Origin: an uncultured Polyangiales bacterium
Lineage (GTDB): Bacteria > Myxococcota_A > Polyangia > Polyangiales > CAZAQV01
NCBI GenBank assembly: GCA_964487255.1
Contig: CAZAQV010000002.1
Coordinates: 211,561 to 275,560 of the forward strand
Reading direction: 5' to 3'
Length of the DNA: 64,000 nt
Each line of letters opens with the position of its first letter. Within the stretch, counting starts at the first letter, position 1. Under the pieces are notes generated by a model that saw nothing but the letters and a program-made list of their open reading frames with translations, searched no databases and had not been told where the DNA came from. Below, in pieces: positions 1 to 8,328 of the stretch. The translations under genes were made by a program, and so were the position numbers.

Positions 1-717
1 GTGGTCGAGCACGTCGGCGGAGCCGCCCCAAAACACCGTGACGAGCTCACCGTCCTTCGCCTCGTCGAGGCCGACCACTTCGTCTCGAACCATCGCGTAT
101 AGGCGCTCAAGCGTCTCTTTGGCGCGTGCAGCCGGCAGCGAAAAGCTCAATGTCCGCGCGGTTCCGACACGCCGTGGGTAGTCCAGGAACCGGTGCTCGA
201 CGGCTTGCGAAAGCGCCCGCGCCAAGTTGCGGACGGCGTCGATCACCGGGCCAGGGTCGGTATCCACCGTGCTCATGAACGCTGCAGACAACCGTGCACG
301 CTCGCCGTCATGGTCGAGGACCCCGGATGCGGCGAGCGCTTCGACCGCCCGCAAAAGCGCATCATCAGGGTGCACGGCAAACTCACGTTTGAGCTGCTTG
401 AGCGCCACGTCCTGCTCGCCCTGCTCGGCCATCCAGGAGGCTATCTCTCTGCGCAGCGCAAAATGCTCCGAGTCGCTGAGCAGGTTCGATGGCGACTTTG
501 CGGCTTTGGCAAGATAGGCGACTTTGCGTCGGCTCTTGCCCAACCGTCGCGCGATGGCCGTGAACGAAAAGCCTTCGTCAATCTGGTGGCGCACGTATTC
601 GGTGAGCAAGAGGTCCACAAGTTCATCTGCCGGAATGCACAGGCGATGCGCCACTCGAATCGCCGGCTCCATCAGCGCCGCAATCAAACGGACCCGAAAC
701 TGCACCGAGACACTCAC
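1..717 (-). CDS. HTH-type regulator-like protein, 3' end lies beyond window start
   Basis: Reverse-strand reading from GTG at 717 stays open to position 1 (239 codons): VSVSVQFRVRLIAALMEPAIRVAHRLCIPADELVDLLLTEYVRHQIDEGFSFTAIARRLGKSRRKVAYLAKAAK... The FSFTAIARRLGKSRRKV segment looks like an HTH. It is absent from the ORF track because it runs off the edge. The start codon is uncertain. Confidence 0.45.
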   Translation of the reverse strand, partial: MSVSVQFRVRLIAALMEPAIRVAHRLCIPADELVDLLLTEYVRHQIDEGFSFTAIARRLGKSRRKVAYLAKAAKSPSNLLSDSEHFALRREIASWMAEQGEQDVALKQLKREFAVHPDDALLRAVEALAASGVLDHDGERARLSAAFMSTVDTDPGPVIDAVRNLARALSQAVEHRFLDYPRRVGTARTLSFSLPAARAKETLERLYAMVRDEVVGLDEAKDGELVTVFWGGSADVLDH

Positions 718-743
718 GCGCGCAGCCTAGCGCATTGCGCACC

Positions 744-766
744 CCGTTGGGCGGTTCGACCAACGG
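744..766. promoter_or_regulatory. Inverted repeat CCGTTGG-N9-CCAACGG in divergent promoter region
   Basis: A 7-bp perfect inverted repeat lies between the minus-strand regulator-like gene (start 717) and the plus-strand phosphoesterase gene (start 793). It is a candidate operator only. Confidence 0.2.
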
Positions 767-792
767 CTTTGTGCCGAGTAGACTAGGCCCAG

Positions 793-1857
793 ATGCGACT
801 GCTTGCTTGCATACTCGCCGTATTGGCCCTCGTCTCTTGTGGCAGCAGCGACTTCGTCAACGACTACAGCTGGGACGCTGCGACGCCCGACGCACAGAGT
901 CGACAGGACGCGCACTCACCTCTGGGTGATGCGGGTCGCCAAGACTCCCAACAGGTTGGCGATGCAACCCTCACACCAGACGGCAGCGCACCACAGTCGC
1001 TTCGCATCGCGGTCGTCTCCGACCTCAACGGCAGCTACGGTTCAACCAACTACGACGAGGCCGTGCACGGTGCGGTCGCGGCAATCATCTCTGGTAAGCC
1101 GGACGTAGTACTTTCGACCGGCGACATGGTCGCGGGTCAAAAAGAAGGCCTCGACTACCGCGCCATGTGGCGTGGTTTTCACGCCGCCGTCAGCGACCCG
1201 CTCTCCGCGGCGAATATTCCCTTCGCAGTGAGCCCGGGAAACCACGACGCCTCCGGCTACAATACCTTCGCTGCCGAGCGCGACATCTACGTCGACGAAT
1301 GGTCGAATCGAAAACCCGCGCTCGACTACGTCGACGACGAGTATTATCCGCTACGTTATGCATTCAAAGTGCAAGACACGCTTTTTATTGCGCTTGACGA
1401 CACCACCATCGGTCCGCTTTCCGATGGGCAAATGAAGTGGCTGAACAATGTGCTCTCGAGCAACCCAGCGAGGGTTAAAATCGTGTTCGGACACGTTCCG
1501 CTTTACCCGTTTTCTAGCGAAAAGGCCTCGGAGATCATCGGCGACGCCGCACTCGAAGACCTACTCAACGACCACCAAGTCGACGCTTTCATTTCTGGCC
1601 ACCACCATGCCTATTACCCGGGCAAGCGTGCATCGCTGCGACTCACGGGCATGCCTTGCATCGGCGCAGGACCGCGCAAGCTTGTCGGTCAAGCGGAGGT
1701 ATCTGTTCGCGCTATCGTGATGATAGAAATCGACGGCAAGCAGATTGGTTCAATCCACGGATACCCAGCCGGCGATTTCAGCAGCGCAATCGCGCGCAGC
1801 GCCTTGCCCGAATCGATCGGAAGCGGCTCTCAAGTGATCACACGCGACGACCTCTAA
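793..1857 (+). CDS. Calcineurin-like metallophosphoesterase lipoprotein
   Basis: Signal peptide with lipobox (LALVSCGSS). Metallophosphoesterase motifs are present: VVSDLNG, STGDMVAG, SPGNHD, GHVPLY, ISGHHHAY. Confidence 0.85.
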   Translation: MRLLACILAVLALVSCGSSDFVNDYSWDAATPDAQSRQDAHSPLGDAGRQDSQQVGDATLTPDGSAPQSLRIAVVSDLNGSYGSTNYDEAVHGAVAAIISGKPDVVLSTGDMVAGQKEGLDYRAMWRGFHAAVSDPLSAANIPFAVSPGNHDASGYNTFAAERDIYVDEWSNRKPALDYVDDEYYPLRYAFKVQDTLFIALDDTTIGPLSDGQMKWLNNVLSSNPARVKIVFGHVPLYPFSSEKASEIIGDAALEDLLNDHQVDAFISGHHHAYYPGKRASLRLTGMPCIGAGPRKLVGQAEVSVRAIVMIEIDGKQIGSIHGYPAGDFSSAIARSALPESIGSGSQVITRDDL

Positions 1858-2023
1858 ACTGCGCCAAGAGCCAGGGTCGACGACCTGCCGTTATCGCGGC
1901 GAAAGTGCCTCGATCTTCGATGCGCGAAGCTCGGCAGCATACATCTGACTACATTGCGATGCTCGATCTGTTCCTGGCGTCTGCTACAATTTGCAGGTGT
2001 ATGAACACAGTAAGCCCAGGTGC

Positions 2024-2698
2024 ATGAGCGTAGCCCTTTTCGTTACCTTGTTAGCCAGCTGCGCAGACGTCTCTTCACCAGCGGGTGGGACCATTCTCTT
2101 TGACTCCGACGGCGGAGACCATGAAGACGCGGCCTCGGTTCCAATGGACGCCGCGATAACGCCCTCAAAAGATGCCGCCGATACCGTAATGGACACCAGT
2201 CCGGCAATGGACGCAGCGCTTTCGGACGCCCCCGACGCTGTATTCGATGCAGCTCAGGAAGCAGATACAGAACCCGCCAACCCGTATGCGCACTACACGA
2301 ACCGTGAACTGTCGGAGCTACGCGGAGCCTTTGTATGGGATCAACATCTTGGCGTACTCGATTCAGCAAGCCTCCAAGATCGCATGGCAGAAGACATTGC
2401 GATCTCCGACGAGCAGAAGCGCCGCGTAGCCGCTGGAGAGTGGCCCACCAAGGCCTTCGAGGATCCGATGTACGAAACCAAGAGCAACGACGACCTCAAT
2501 CAGATGATCATCGAGAACAACGACTGGCTTCGCGCGCTCGATGGGCGAACATCGTTCACCGAAGCGGAGAAGACCGGCTTTGGCTGGGCGTCTGGAGGAA
2601 TCTACGTGCTGACCGTCGAGCTGCTCAATCGGGGGGCGTTTATCGTCGTTCCAGGCTACGTGCTCGACCCCGACACCGTGGCGGCGCTGACGTCCTAA
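2024..2698 (+). CDS. Hypothetical lipoprotein
   Basis: The internal ATG at 2024 gives MSVALFVTLLASCADV (lipobox). An acidic Ala/Asp-rich linker is followed by a globular C-terminus. No family was recognised. Confidence 0.55.
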   Translation: MSVALFVTLLASCADVSSPAGGTILFDSDGGDHEDAASVPMDAAITPSKDAADTVMDTSPAMDAALSDAPDAVFDAAQEADTEPANPYAHYTNRELSELRGAFVWDQHLGVLDSASLQDRMAEDIAISDEQKRRVAAGEWPTKAFEDPMYETKSNDDLNQMIIENNDWLRALDGRTSFTEAEKTGFGWASGGIYVLTVELLNRGAFIVVPGYVLDPDTVAALTS

Positions 2699-2711
2699 GT
2701 GCGAAGGCCGG

Positions 2712-2784
2712 AGCGGGAGACGAGATTCGAACTCGCGACTTCAACCTTGGCAAGGTTGCGCTCTACCAACTGAGCTACTCCCGC
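2712..2784 (-). tRNA. tRNA-Gly (anticodon GCC)
   Basis: Reverse complement is GCGGGAGTAGCTCAGTTGGTAGAGCGCAACCTTGCCAAGGTTGAAGTCGCGAGTTCGAATCTCGTCTCCCGCT. It folds as a cloverleaf with a 7-bp acceptor stem, anticodon loop TTGCCAA and T-loop TTCGAAT. CCA is not encoded. Confidence 0.95.
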
Positions 2785-2875
2785 AAGAGAGGGGCTGATC
2801 TAGACCAGGCTCAGGGGCCTGTCAACGACGACTTGACTCGAAGCCAAAGCCCTCATAAACCCGGGTCTCCATCAC

Positions 2876-2960
<85 letters not shown>

Positions 2961-3034
2961 CGATGTTTGATTCTTGCGGGGAAAGCTTCGCTCACTCGTG
3001 CGCGGGGCCCCACCCCTAGCTAAAGCGTCGACAA

Positions 3035-3178
3035 GCTCGTTTGCTAGCCTTTGCTCCGGTCAGCGATTTTGCACATCGCAAAATCGGACCTGCTCAAAGA
3101 GCGCTCATCGCAGACTTACGGCTCTTCGGCTCTCGCTGGCCTCATCGCGAACTTCACTGTCCACGGTAGCCTCATCGC
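3035..3178 (+). repeat. Structured intergenic repeat, copy E1 (subfamily A)
   Basis: The element has a 5' box GCTAGCCTTTGCTCCG (3043-3058) and a hairpin CGATTTTGC/GCAAAATCG (3064-3086). Its 3' box is CTCAAAGAGCGCTCATCGC (ends 3111). Two more CTCATCGC units follow at 3141 and 3171. Confidence 0.6.
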
Positions 3179-3269
3179 GATTGCTCAACACAGCGCGTGG
3201 TACTCTCGATCGGTGAGCGGTCGGAGGTGGAGGCCGGGTCGCCAGAGCCCGGGAACAAGACGGAGACAC

Positions 3270-4022
3270 GTGGCGACTAGCCTGTTCTTACTTGCCACTA
3301 TCGTCGCGTCTTGCGAACGGAAGCCGTCTGGGTCAAGTGCTGATGAAGTAAGCGCCACAGTCGTGGAGACGGCCACCAAAGCGTCAACCGAGTCAGAGGA
3401 GATCCTGTTGGTCGTGTTGGAAAGCGAGCGCACGATGGGCGAACGCCCCGAAGAAGTCAGCGTGTACGATTCAACTGGTTTATTGGAGGCGAAGACGTTA
3501 GAGCACGATGGTCGCACCATACGCGTGCGCGCACACTCGCCATCTATCGCGTCCGAGTGGCGAGTAATCCTCACGTTCGCCATCATTCAAGGACGCGCTC
3601 TCGTCGAGGTAATGCGACCGATGGAACCTATGTTGTATGAGGTAGAGAAGCGCTCGGGGAGTTGGGAGGTAGATCGCATCTACTCTCTCCCGATCCACCG
3701 CCCTGCACCGGCTGCTGTCCAGGCAGATGCAGAAGATCCTGTCATGGCGGCTGCTCTAGCCGACGCACATCAGTTTCGTAGAGACTTCTTCGAGAGACAC
3801 ACGGCTCACGTCGCGGCCAAGCGTGACGCTAGCAAGAGACGATTGAAGGAACTCGAAGAGACGCTCGCTGTCACAACGCATCCGGATGTGCGAGCGCGCT
3901 TTGAGCCGGAGTACCGGCGACTTCCGGCAGAGATCGAAGAGGCCACCGACGAGCTGCGCTGGCTTGGTATCTGGCAAGCGATCATCCAAGATTTGCCCAG
4001 GTCGCCGAGCGAGGAACCGTGA
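3270..4022 (+). CDS. Hypothetical lipoprotein (first gene of a 4-gene coupled operon)
   Basis: The in-frame GTG at 3270 gives VATSLFLLATIVASCERK (lipobox). The upstream part of track ORF 3051.. covers the repeat element and is Arg-rich junk. The stop overlaps the next start (GTGA). Confidence 0.5.
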   Translation: MATSLFLLATIVASCERKPSGSSADEVSATVVETATKASTESEEILLVVLESERTMGERPEEVSVYDSTGLLEAKTLEHDGRTIRVRAHSPSIASEWRVILTFAIIQGRALVEVMRPMEPMLYEVEKRSGSWEVDRIYSLPIHRPAPAAVQADAEDPVMAAALADAHQFRRDFFERHTAHVAAKRDASKRRLKELEETLAVTTHPDVRARFEPEYRRLPAEIEEATDELRWLGIWQAIIQDLPRSPSEEP

Positions 4023-4360
4023 CTGAAGGTCCTCGCATCCTTTTCGTGTGCAGTCGCAATCAATGGCGGAGCCCTACGGCGGAGCGCGTCTATGCGAAGC
4101 GTGAGGGTTTGGAAGTGCGGTCGGCAGGGGTCTCGGCAACTGCGCGAAGGCGAGTCACCGATGCCGACATCGAGTGGGCTGACCTGATCTTCGTGATGGA
4201 GGAGAAACACAAGGCGCGCCTCAAGCAGCTGTTTGGACGTGATCTGCCCGAACACGTGTTCGTCCTCGACATCCCCGACGACTACCAGTTCATGGATCCC
4301 GAACTCATCGATATGATTACCGCTGCAGTAGACCCGATCCTGGAAGGGGAACTTACGTGA
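4019..4360 (+). CDS. Small low-molecular-weight protein tyrosine phosphatase-like protein (COG4551 type)
   Basis: The sequence ILFVCSRNQWRSPTAE carries the CX5R(S/T) P-loop. A conserved ADLIFVME...LDIPDDYQFMDPELI tail is typical of the ~110-aa predicted PTP family. Confidence 0.75.
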   Translation: MTEGPRILFVCSRNQWRSPTAERVYAKREGLEVRSAGVSATARRRVTDADIEWADLIFVMEEKHKARLKQLFGRDLPEHVFVLDIPDDYQFMDPELIDMITAAVDPILEGELT

Positions 4361-4884
4361 ATCGTAATCGGCAGACGAAGCACACTAAGATCTGCGCGTG
4401 GTTCGCCGTGGGCGGGGGCGCGGCATCGGCAACGTTCTGCCTGTTCGGTTTGAGTATTGTGATGCTCCAGAAGGTCTTCATGGGTCTCATGCCTGCCGAG
4501 GCAGAAGGCGCTCAACTCGACCAGTTTCGATCAATGATGCTGAGCCTGCACACTCTGTGGCTGATCTTCATGCCCATCTGGATCGCCCTTGGCATCGGAC
4601 TCGTGATCTTTGGGCTCAAGATGCGCAATCAAGCTCGGTTCGGGCGTCATGTTGCGATCCTTTGTGCGGCGGGCCTGGCGGCCTTCGTTCCCTACATGTG
4701 GATCGCCACCACTGACTTCCTGCCACAGTTCGCCGAAGGGCATCCAATGATGGGCAAAGACGCGGTGCTTCCGTTTGCCATCATGCAGATCATTTCAATG
4801 CTCCCTCTCGTTATCGGAATTGCACTGTTTGCTTTCTGGGCATGGCGCATAGGCTCCAAAGCTCAGGTATCGAGGTCGGCATGA
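4357..4884 (+). CDS. Hypothetical integral membrane protein (about 4 TM segments)
   Basis: Four hydrophobic stretches are visible (FAVGGGAASATFCLFGLSIVML, LWLIFMPIWIALGIGLVIFGL, VAILCAAGLAAFVPYMWIA, ISMLPLVIGIALFAFWAW). The GTGA overlap with the upstream gene and the ATGA overlap with the downstream gene indicate coupling. Confidence 0.6.
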   Translation: MNRNRQTKHTKICAWFAVGGGAASATFCLFGLSIVMLQKVFMGLMPAEAEGAQLDQFRSMMLSLHTLWLIFMPIWIALGIGLVIFGLKMRNQARFGRHVAILCAAGLAAFVPYMWIATTDFLPQFAEGHPMMGKDAVLPFAIMQIISMLPLVIGIALFAFWAWRIGSKAQVSRSA

Positions 4885-5510
4885 CGACAGATCTGAACTG
4901 GAAAGAGTTTCTGCTCTCGGACGAGCATGTCGCTACATTGAAAGCGATCGTCGGGGCGACTCACGACCGAATCGTGTCGGATCACGTGAACGGTGGGTTT
5001 CTTTCTGAAGCGCATTCGTGGGAGACACGAGTCGAGGAATACAGAGCCATCGCACCAGATAGGGTGGATGAGGCGCTCGTCGTTCGTCCGTACGGGGCTC
5101 AGAACCGAGACTGGGGTGCTGCGCAGATCATTGGGGAGAATGTTACGATCAAGAGCTGCCACATCCTCCGGTGTCTCCTGTGGTTTACGCCAATGCGCAA
5201 CATGAGCGAGGACGAGATCTTGGCCGAGAGGGAAGCTGACCCAGCGATTGCTCACGTCTATCGAGGCCCGATGAGGGCCGCCGAGGAGATCGTGACGCAC
5301 CCATCCCGAGCCGAAGAGGTCGAGTCCGGTTTTGTGAACCTCGTGGATGCGGGTGTCATTCTGACTACCAAAGACCGACAGATCGCCTGCCTCTCGCGAT
5401 ACAACGGTTACCCGACAGACTGCGGCCTGATCAAGTCGCCCGAAGTGGAGGAACTGTCGGAATCTTACCGCTTCATCCCGTTGGAGCAGTACACCGAAAC
5501 AAAGCCGTAG
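4881..5510 (+). CDS. Hypothetical cytoplasmic protein
   Basis: ATG at 4881 (MTTDLNWKEF...) overlaps the upstream stop. Amino-acid composition is protein-like. No family was recognised. Confidence 0.5.
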   Translation: MTTDLNWKEFLLSDEHVATLKAIVGATHDRIVSDHVNGGFLSEAHSWETRVEEYRAIAPDRVDEALVVRPYGAQNRDWGAAQIIGENVTIKSCHILRCLLWFTPMRNMSEDEILAEREADPAIAHVYRGPMRAAEEIVTHPSRAEEVESGFVNLVDAGVILTTKDRQIACLSRYNGYPTDCGLIKSPEVEELSESYRFIPLEQYTETKP

Positions 5511-5532
5511 ACCTCAGCTCAATCGATCTGCG

Positions 5533-5832
5533 CTACGCGGCTTCGCGGGGGATGAGTTGGATGTCGGTGTCGAGGGCGGCAAGAAGCGCCATGAGCGTGC
5601 GCGTGGTGGGGTTGGCGTTGCCGTTTTCGATGCGGCTGATTTCGGCCTGGTCGATGCCGACGCGCTCGGCAAGCTCGGCTTGGGTCAGCCCTAGCTCGAC
5701 GCGGCGTTCACCGAGCGCAACTGCGAGTCGAAAGCGCATACGCAACGCCTCACGCTCGGCTTCGGCATCCGCGCCGAGCGCTTCGGTCTCCGCGTCTACA
5801 AAGCGCGTCAGGTCGTCGAGTGTCTTGGGCAT
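5533..5832 (-). CDS. XRE-family HTH antitoxin (HigA-like)
   Basis: LGLTQAELAERVGIDQAEISRIENGNANPTTRTLMALLAAL is a classic Cro/C1 HTH. The protein is 99 aa and sits directly downstream of a RelE-fold toxin remnant. Confidence 0.8.
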   Translation of the reverse strand: MPKTLDDLTRFVDAETEALGADAEAEREALRMRFRLAVALGERRVELGLTQAELAERVGIDQAEISRIENGNANPTTRTLMALLAALDTDIQLIPREAA

Positions 5833-5886
5833 CGTCTCTTAAGTATATGGGCTTTATCCCATACGTCAAAAGCGTCGATTTCGAGG

Positions 5887-6230
5887 CTATTTGTGGGACT
5901 TCTGTGCGGCTTTCCAGGCCCTAAGGCGTTTGCGAGCGATTTCGATCTGCTTGTTCTGATGGCGCGGCTTGGGCTGCTCGGCTTTGTCGTAACCACCGAG
6001 CAGAAGCACGATCCGGTCGCCATAAGCGTGGCAGAAGACACGCAGCAAGACCTTCTCCGAAGTACTGCTCTCGTCCACGGCATCTTTTCCAACCCTCGCG
6101 AGCAGTGTTGCGGCGTCTTGGCGGATGCGTAAGGTTTTCGCGCCAGGCGTTGGAGCAACTGCTCGTCGCGCCGGATTGGATCTGCAGGAAAGACAGAAAC
6201 AGTAATTAGGTTTTCGGCGTTCTTAAACAA
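5887..6230 (-). pseudogene. HigB/Gp49-type RelE-fold toxin, apparently frameshifted
   Basis: One frame gives ...TLRIRQDAATLLARVGKDAVDESSTSEKVLLRVFCHAYGDRIVLLLGGYDKAEQPKPRHQNKQIEIARKRL, the toxin core. A plausible N-terminus (TTG 6230: MFKNAENLITVSVFPADPIRRDEQLLQRLARK) lies in a different frame. The switch falls at the A4 run (plus-strand T4, 6135-6138). Confidence 0.4.
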
Positions 6231-6267
6231 CCGGTGGGAAGAACGATTGGTGGTGTGACACAGCCGT

Positions 6268-7641
6268 TCATACGCCGTCGCAGCGGTAGCGGCCTGCGTC
6301 CACGGTGGGCTCCGCACAAATGGAGCCCTGACAAAGCAGGCCGTATTCGCAATCGGAATGCGGGCCATCGCAGGGACCACCCTTCGCAGACGGATAAATT
6401 TCGCAAGTATCGGTCTGCGCAAAGCATTTCAGGCCATCCTCACACTGACCAGGTTCGTCGCTACTGGCGCAGCCTTCGCCCTCCTTGCCCGCTGGTTGAC
6501 AGGTCTTCGGCTCCGCGTTGCCAGCAGTGACCGGACGACAGGCGAGGCCATCCGCGCAACCGTAGAATTCGTCATCGCAGTTGGTACCGTTCGTCAGCCG
6601 CGGGCGACAGACGTGCTCTAGGTCGCTGCAAAAGAACCCGTCCGCACAGTCACTCGGAATATTGCTGTACCAAGGCTCACTACACGGATCGCCATCCGTT
6701 CCCTGGCTGGTCATGCAGCCCTCGTCGCCCTCGACCTCAGTCGGGCGGCAAAACAATCCATCCCCGCAGGGCTGCTGACTCGTACACGCATCGTTTTCGG
6801 CTTTGGGGGCGGCGCACTTGAAGTCGACGCAAACCAAGCCTTGTTCGCAATAAGTGCCGTCATAGCTACAGTCACCACCCTCAGCGTATCGATCTGCGCA
6901 AAGACCGGGATAGATGCAAATCTTGTCCGACGGGCAAATGCCAGGCGCTGCCCCATCGTCCACGATACAGCTGCAAACCTTCGTGGTCTCGCTGTCCACG
7001 CAAGCACCGCTGCGGCACTCAGTCAGAGAGGCACATTCATCCCCAGCGTCCAAGGTTGAACGATAAGGCCCGAACTCGTTCACGTCTTGGCCATACTCAT
7101 TTCGGCCCGGCTCACCACACCCGGAGAAACCAAACTCATCGTAGGGAGGGCTTTCATCACCGTCGCCCCGCCCGAACCATTCGCATCCGCGCGTCTTCAT
7201 CGATTCAAGGCAACTCGAGGCTCGGCTCTCGTCGTAGACGAGGCCTCCGTGTTCAAGGCCCGCGTTGATTCCGTAGCCGTGCACTTTCTCTGCAAAGGCC
7301 AAGATCAACGCATTGCATCCGTCGTCTCCAGCGTACTCGCTCGGGTCGAATCCGAAATCACTCACAAGGCGGTTGAGAGCTTCGTCGCGCTCGTCCGTCT
7401 TGCAGCACGACGCGATGTTCGCACAGTAGGCCTGCGCGTAGGCCGTCCAGAACTCTGAATGAGGCAAGGAGCCAACAGCACTGTCCCCGGACGCTCCGTC
7501 TCCCGTGTTGGCGGAATCACCGCTAGCATCGACGGCTGTATCCGCGCCCGCATCGGCAGTTGCTGAACCGCCATCATCGCCGCAGGACACAAGTACAGCT
7601 AAAGCGAAGAGAAGACAGGTGTTCGTTCGGCTGGGCTTCAT
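6268..7641 (-). CDS. Secreted Cys-rich repeat lipoprotein
   Basis: ATG at 7641 gives MKPSRTNTCLLFALAVLVSCGDD (lipobox). There are more than 50 Cys residues and recurring modules C-x(4-7)-C-x-D/E-G-L/F-x-C (CGDGLFC, CADGFFC, CADGLAC, CEDGLKC, CEYGLLC, CEQGLVC). Confidence 0.7.
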   Translation of the reverse strand: MKPSRTNTCLLFALAVLVSCGDDGGSATADAGADTAVDASGDSANTGDGASGDSAVGSLPHSEFWTAYAQAYCANIASCCKTDERDEALNRLVSDFGFDPSEYAGDDGCNALILAFAEKVHGYGINAGLEHGGLVYDESRASSCLESMKTRGCEWFGRGDGDESPPYDEFGFSGCGEPGRNEYGQDVNEFGPYRSTLDAGDECASLTECRSGACVDSETTKVCSCIVDDGAAPGICPSDKICIYPGLCADRYAEGGDCSYDGTYCEQGLVCVDFKCAAPKAENDACTSQQPCGDGLFCRPTEVEGDEGCMTSQGTDGDPCSEPWYSNIPSDCADGFFCSDLEHVCRPRLTNGTNCDDEFYGCADGLACRPVTAGNAEPKTCQPAGKEGEGCASSDEPGQCEDGLKCFAQTDTCEIYPSAKGGPCDGPHSDCEYGLLCQGSICAEPTVDAGRYRCDGV

Positions 7642-7975
7642 ATTTGCGAAGCGTACCGAACACACCCGTTCTCCACAACGCGGGCCATGGCCGATCAAGT
7701 GCAAGGGCCGTGAAGCAACTGAGCAAACTCACCGAACCTAAACGCCGCATCGGGATTTCCAGCGTTCTCGACTTGTCTAGTCAATGCTCCGATCTGTTCG
7801 GCTCATCACAGGCGAAGGTCGGGGAGCGGCAGGCGACATGCTTCGTTCGCCCCGCGCCACCAGTACATCTTCATGGTCAAAAAGGCCGGGTCGTTGTCGA
7901 CACGAATGTGCGTTTGAAGAAGTGTCTCGTCGCTGCAGGAAGGCGGCCATTGATCTTCGCTCAAGATCAGCGCGC

Positions 7976-8299
7976 TTAGCGACGGCGACAATGGGCTCCA
8001 ATCGTCTGTGGCCGTTGACTGGCCTTCGTTCCAACGGAAGGCTCGCTTTGGTCGCCCCGTGCTTGCTCTGGCGACTGAACAGGGCCGAGCGGTTTGAGCG
8101 TAATCTTCACAGCAAGCTCTTCGTCGTCGACGACAGCGGCTCCGCTCCAACTCTCGGCAAAGGGAAACGGCTCTCCGGTAGCAACCCAGCCAAAACAAGA
8201 GAGGCACGCAGCGTCATCGCATTCGTCATCAGCACAACCGAGCACGAGCAAAGAAAAGGCGACAAAGAAAACGAAAGTGGTTCGTGGCATCATTGGCAA
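7976..8299 (-). CDS. Small putative lipoprotein, possibly frameshifted
   Basis: The N-terminus MPMMPRTTFVFFVAFSLLVLGCADDECDD carries a lipobox. The C-terminal third looks non-protein-like, while the overlapping frame 7806..8207 becomes protein-like. Confidence 0.4.
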   Translation of the reverse strand: MPMMPRTTFVFFVAFSLLVLGCADDECDDAACLSCFGWVATGEPFPFAESWSGAAVVDDEELAVKITLKPLGPVQSPEQARGDQSEPSVGTKASQRPQTIGAHCRRR

Positions 8300-8328
8300 A
8301 TCGCAATCTTGGTTGGTGGCGCGCCTGG

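Noticed and set aside
193-786. 197-aa plus-strand ORF (and nested ORFs at 227..517 and 524..730)
   Set aside because: The composition is Arg/His-rich and non-protein-like. The opposite strand reads as a clean HTH-containing ORF open to the window edge, so these are antisense shadows typical of GC-rich DNA.
5808-6422. 204-aa minus-strand ORF spanning the toxin region and the 3' end of the Cys-rich gene
   Set aside because: Most of it is out-of-frame read-through (Arg/Cys/Ser-rich), and it overlaps the real Cys-rich gene. Only a short segment (about 6135-6230) is plausible, as the displaced N-terminus of the HigB-like toxin.
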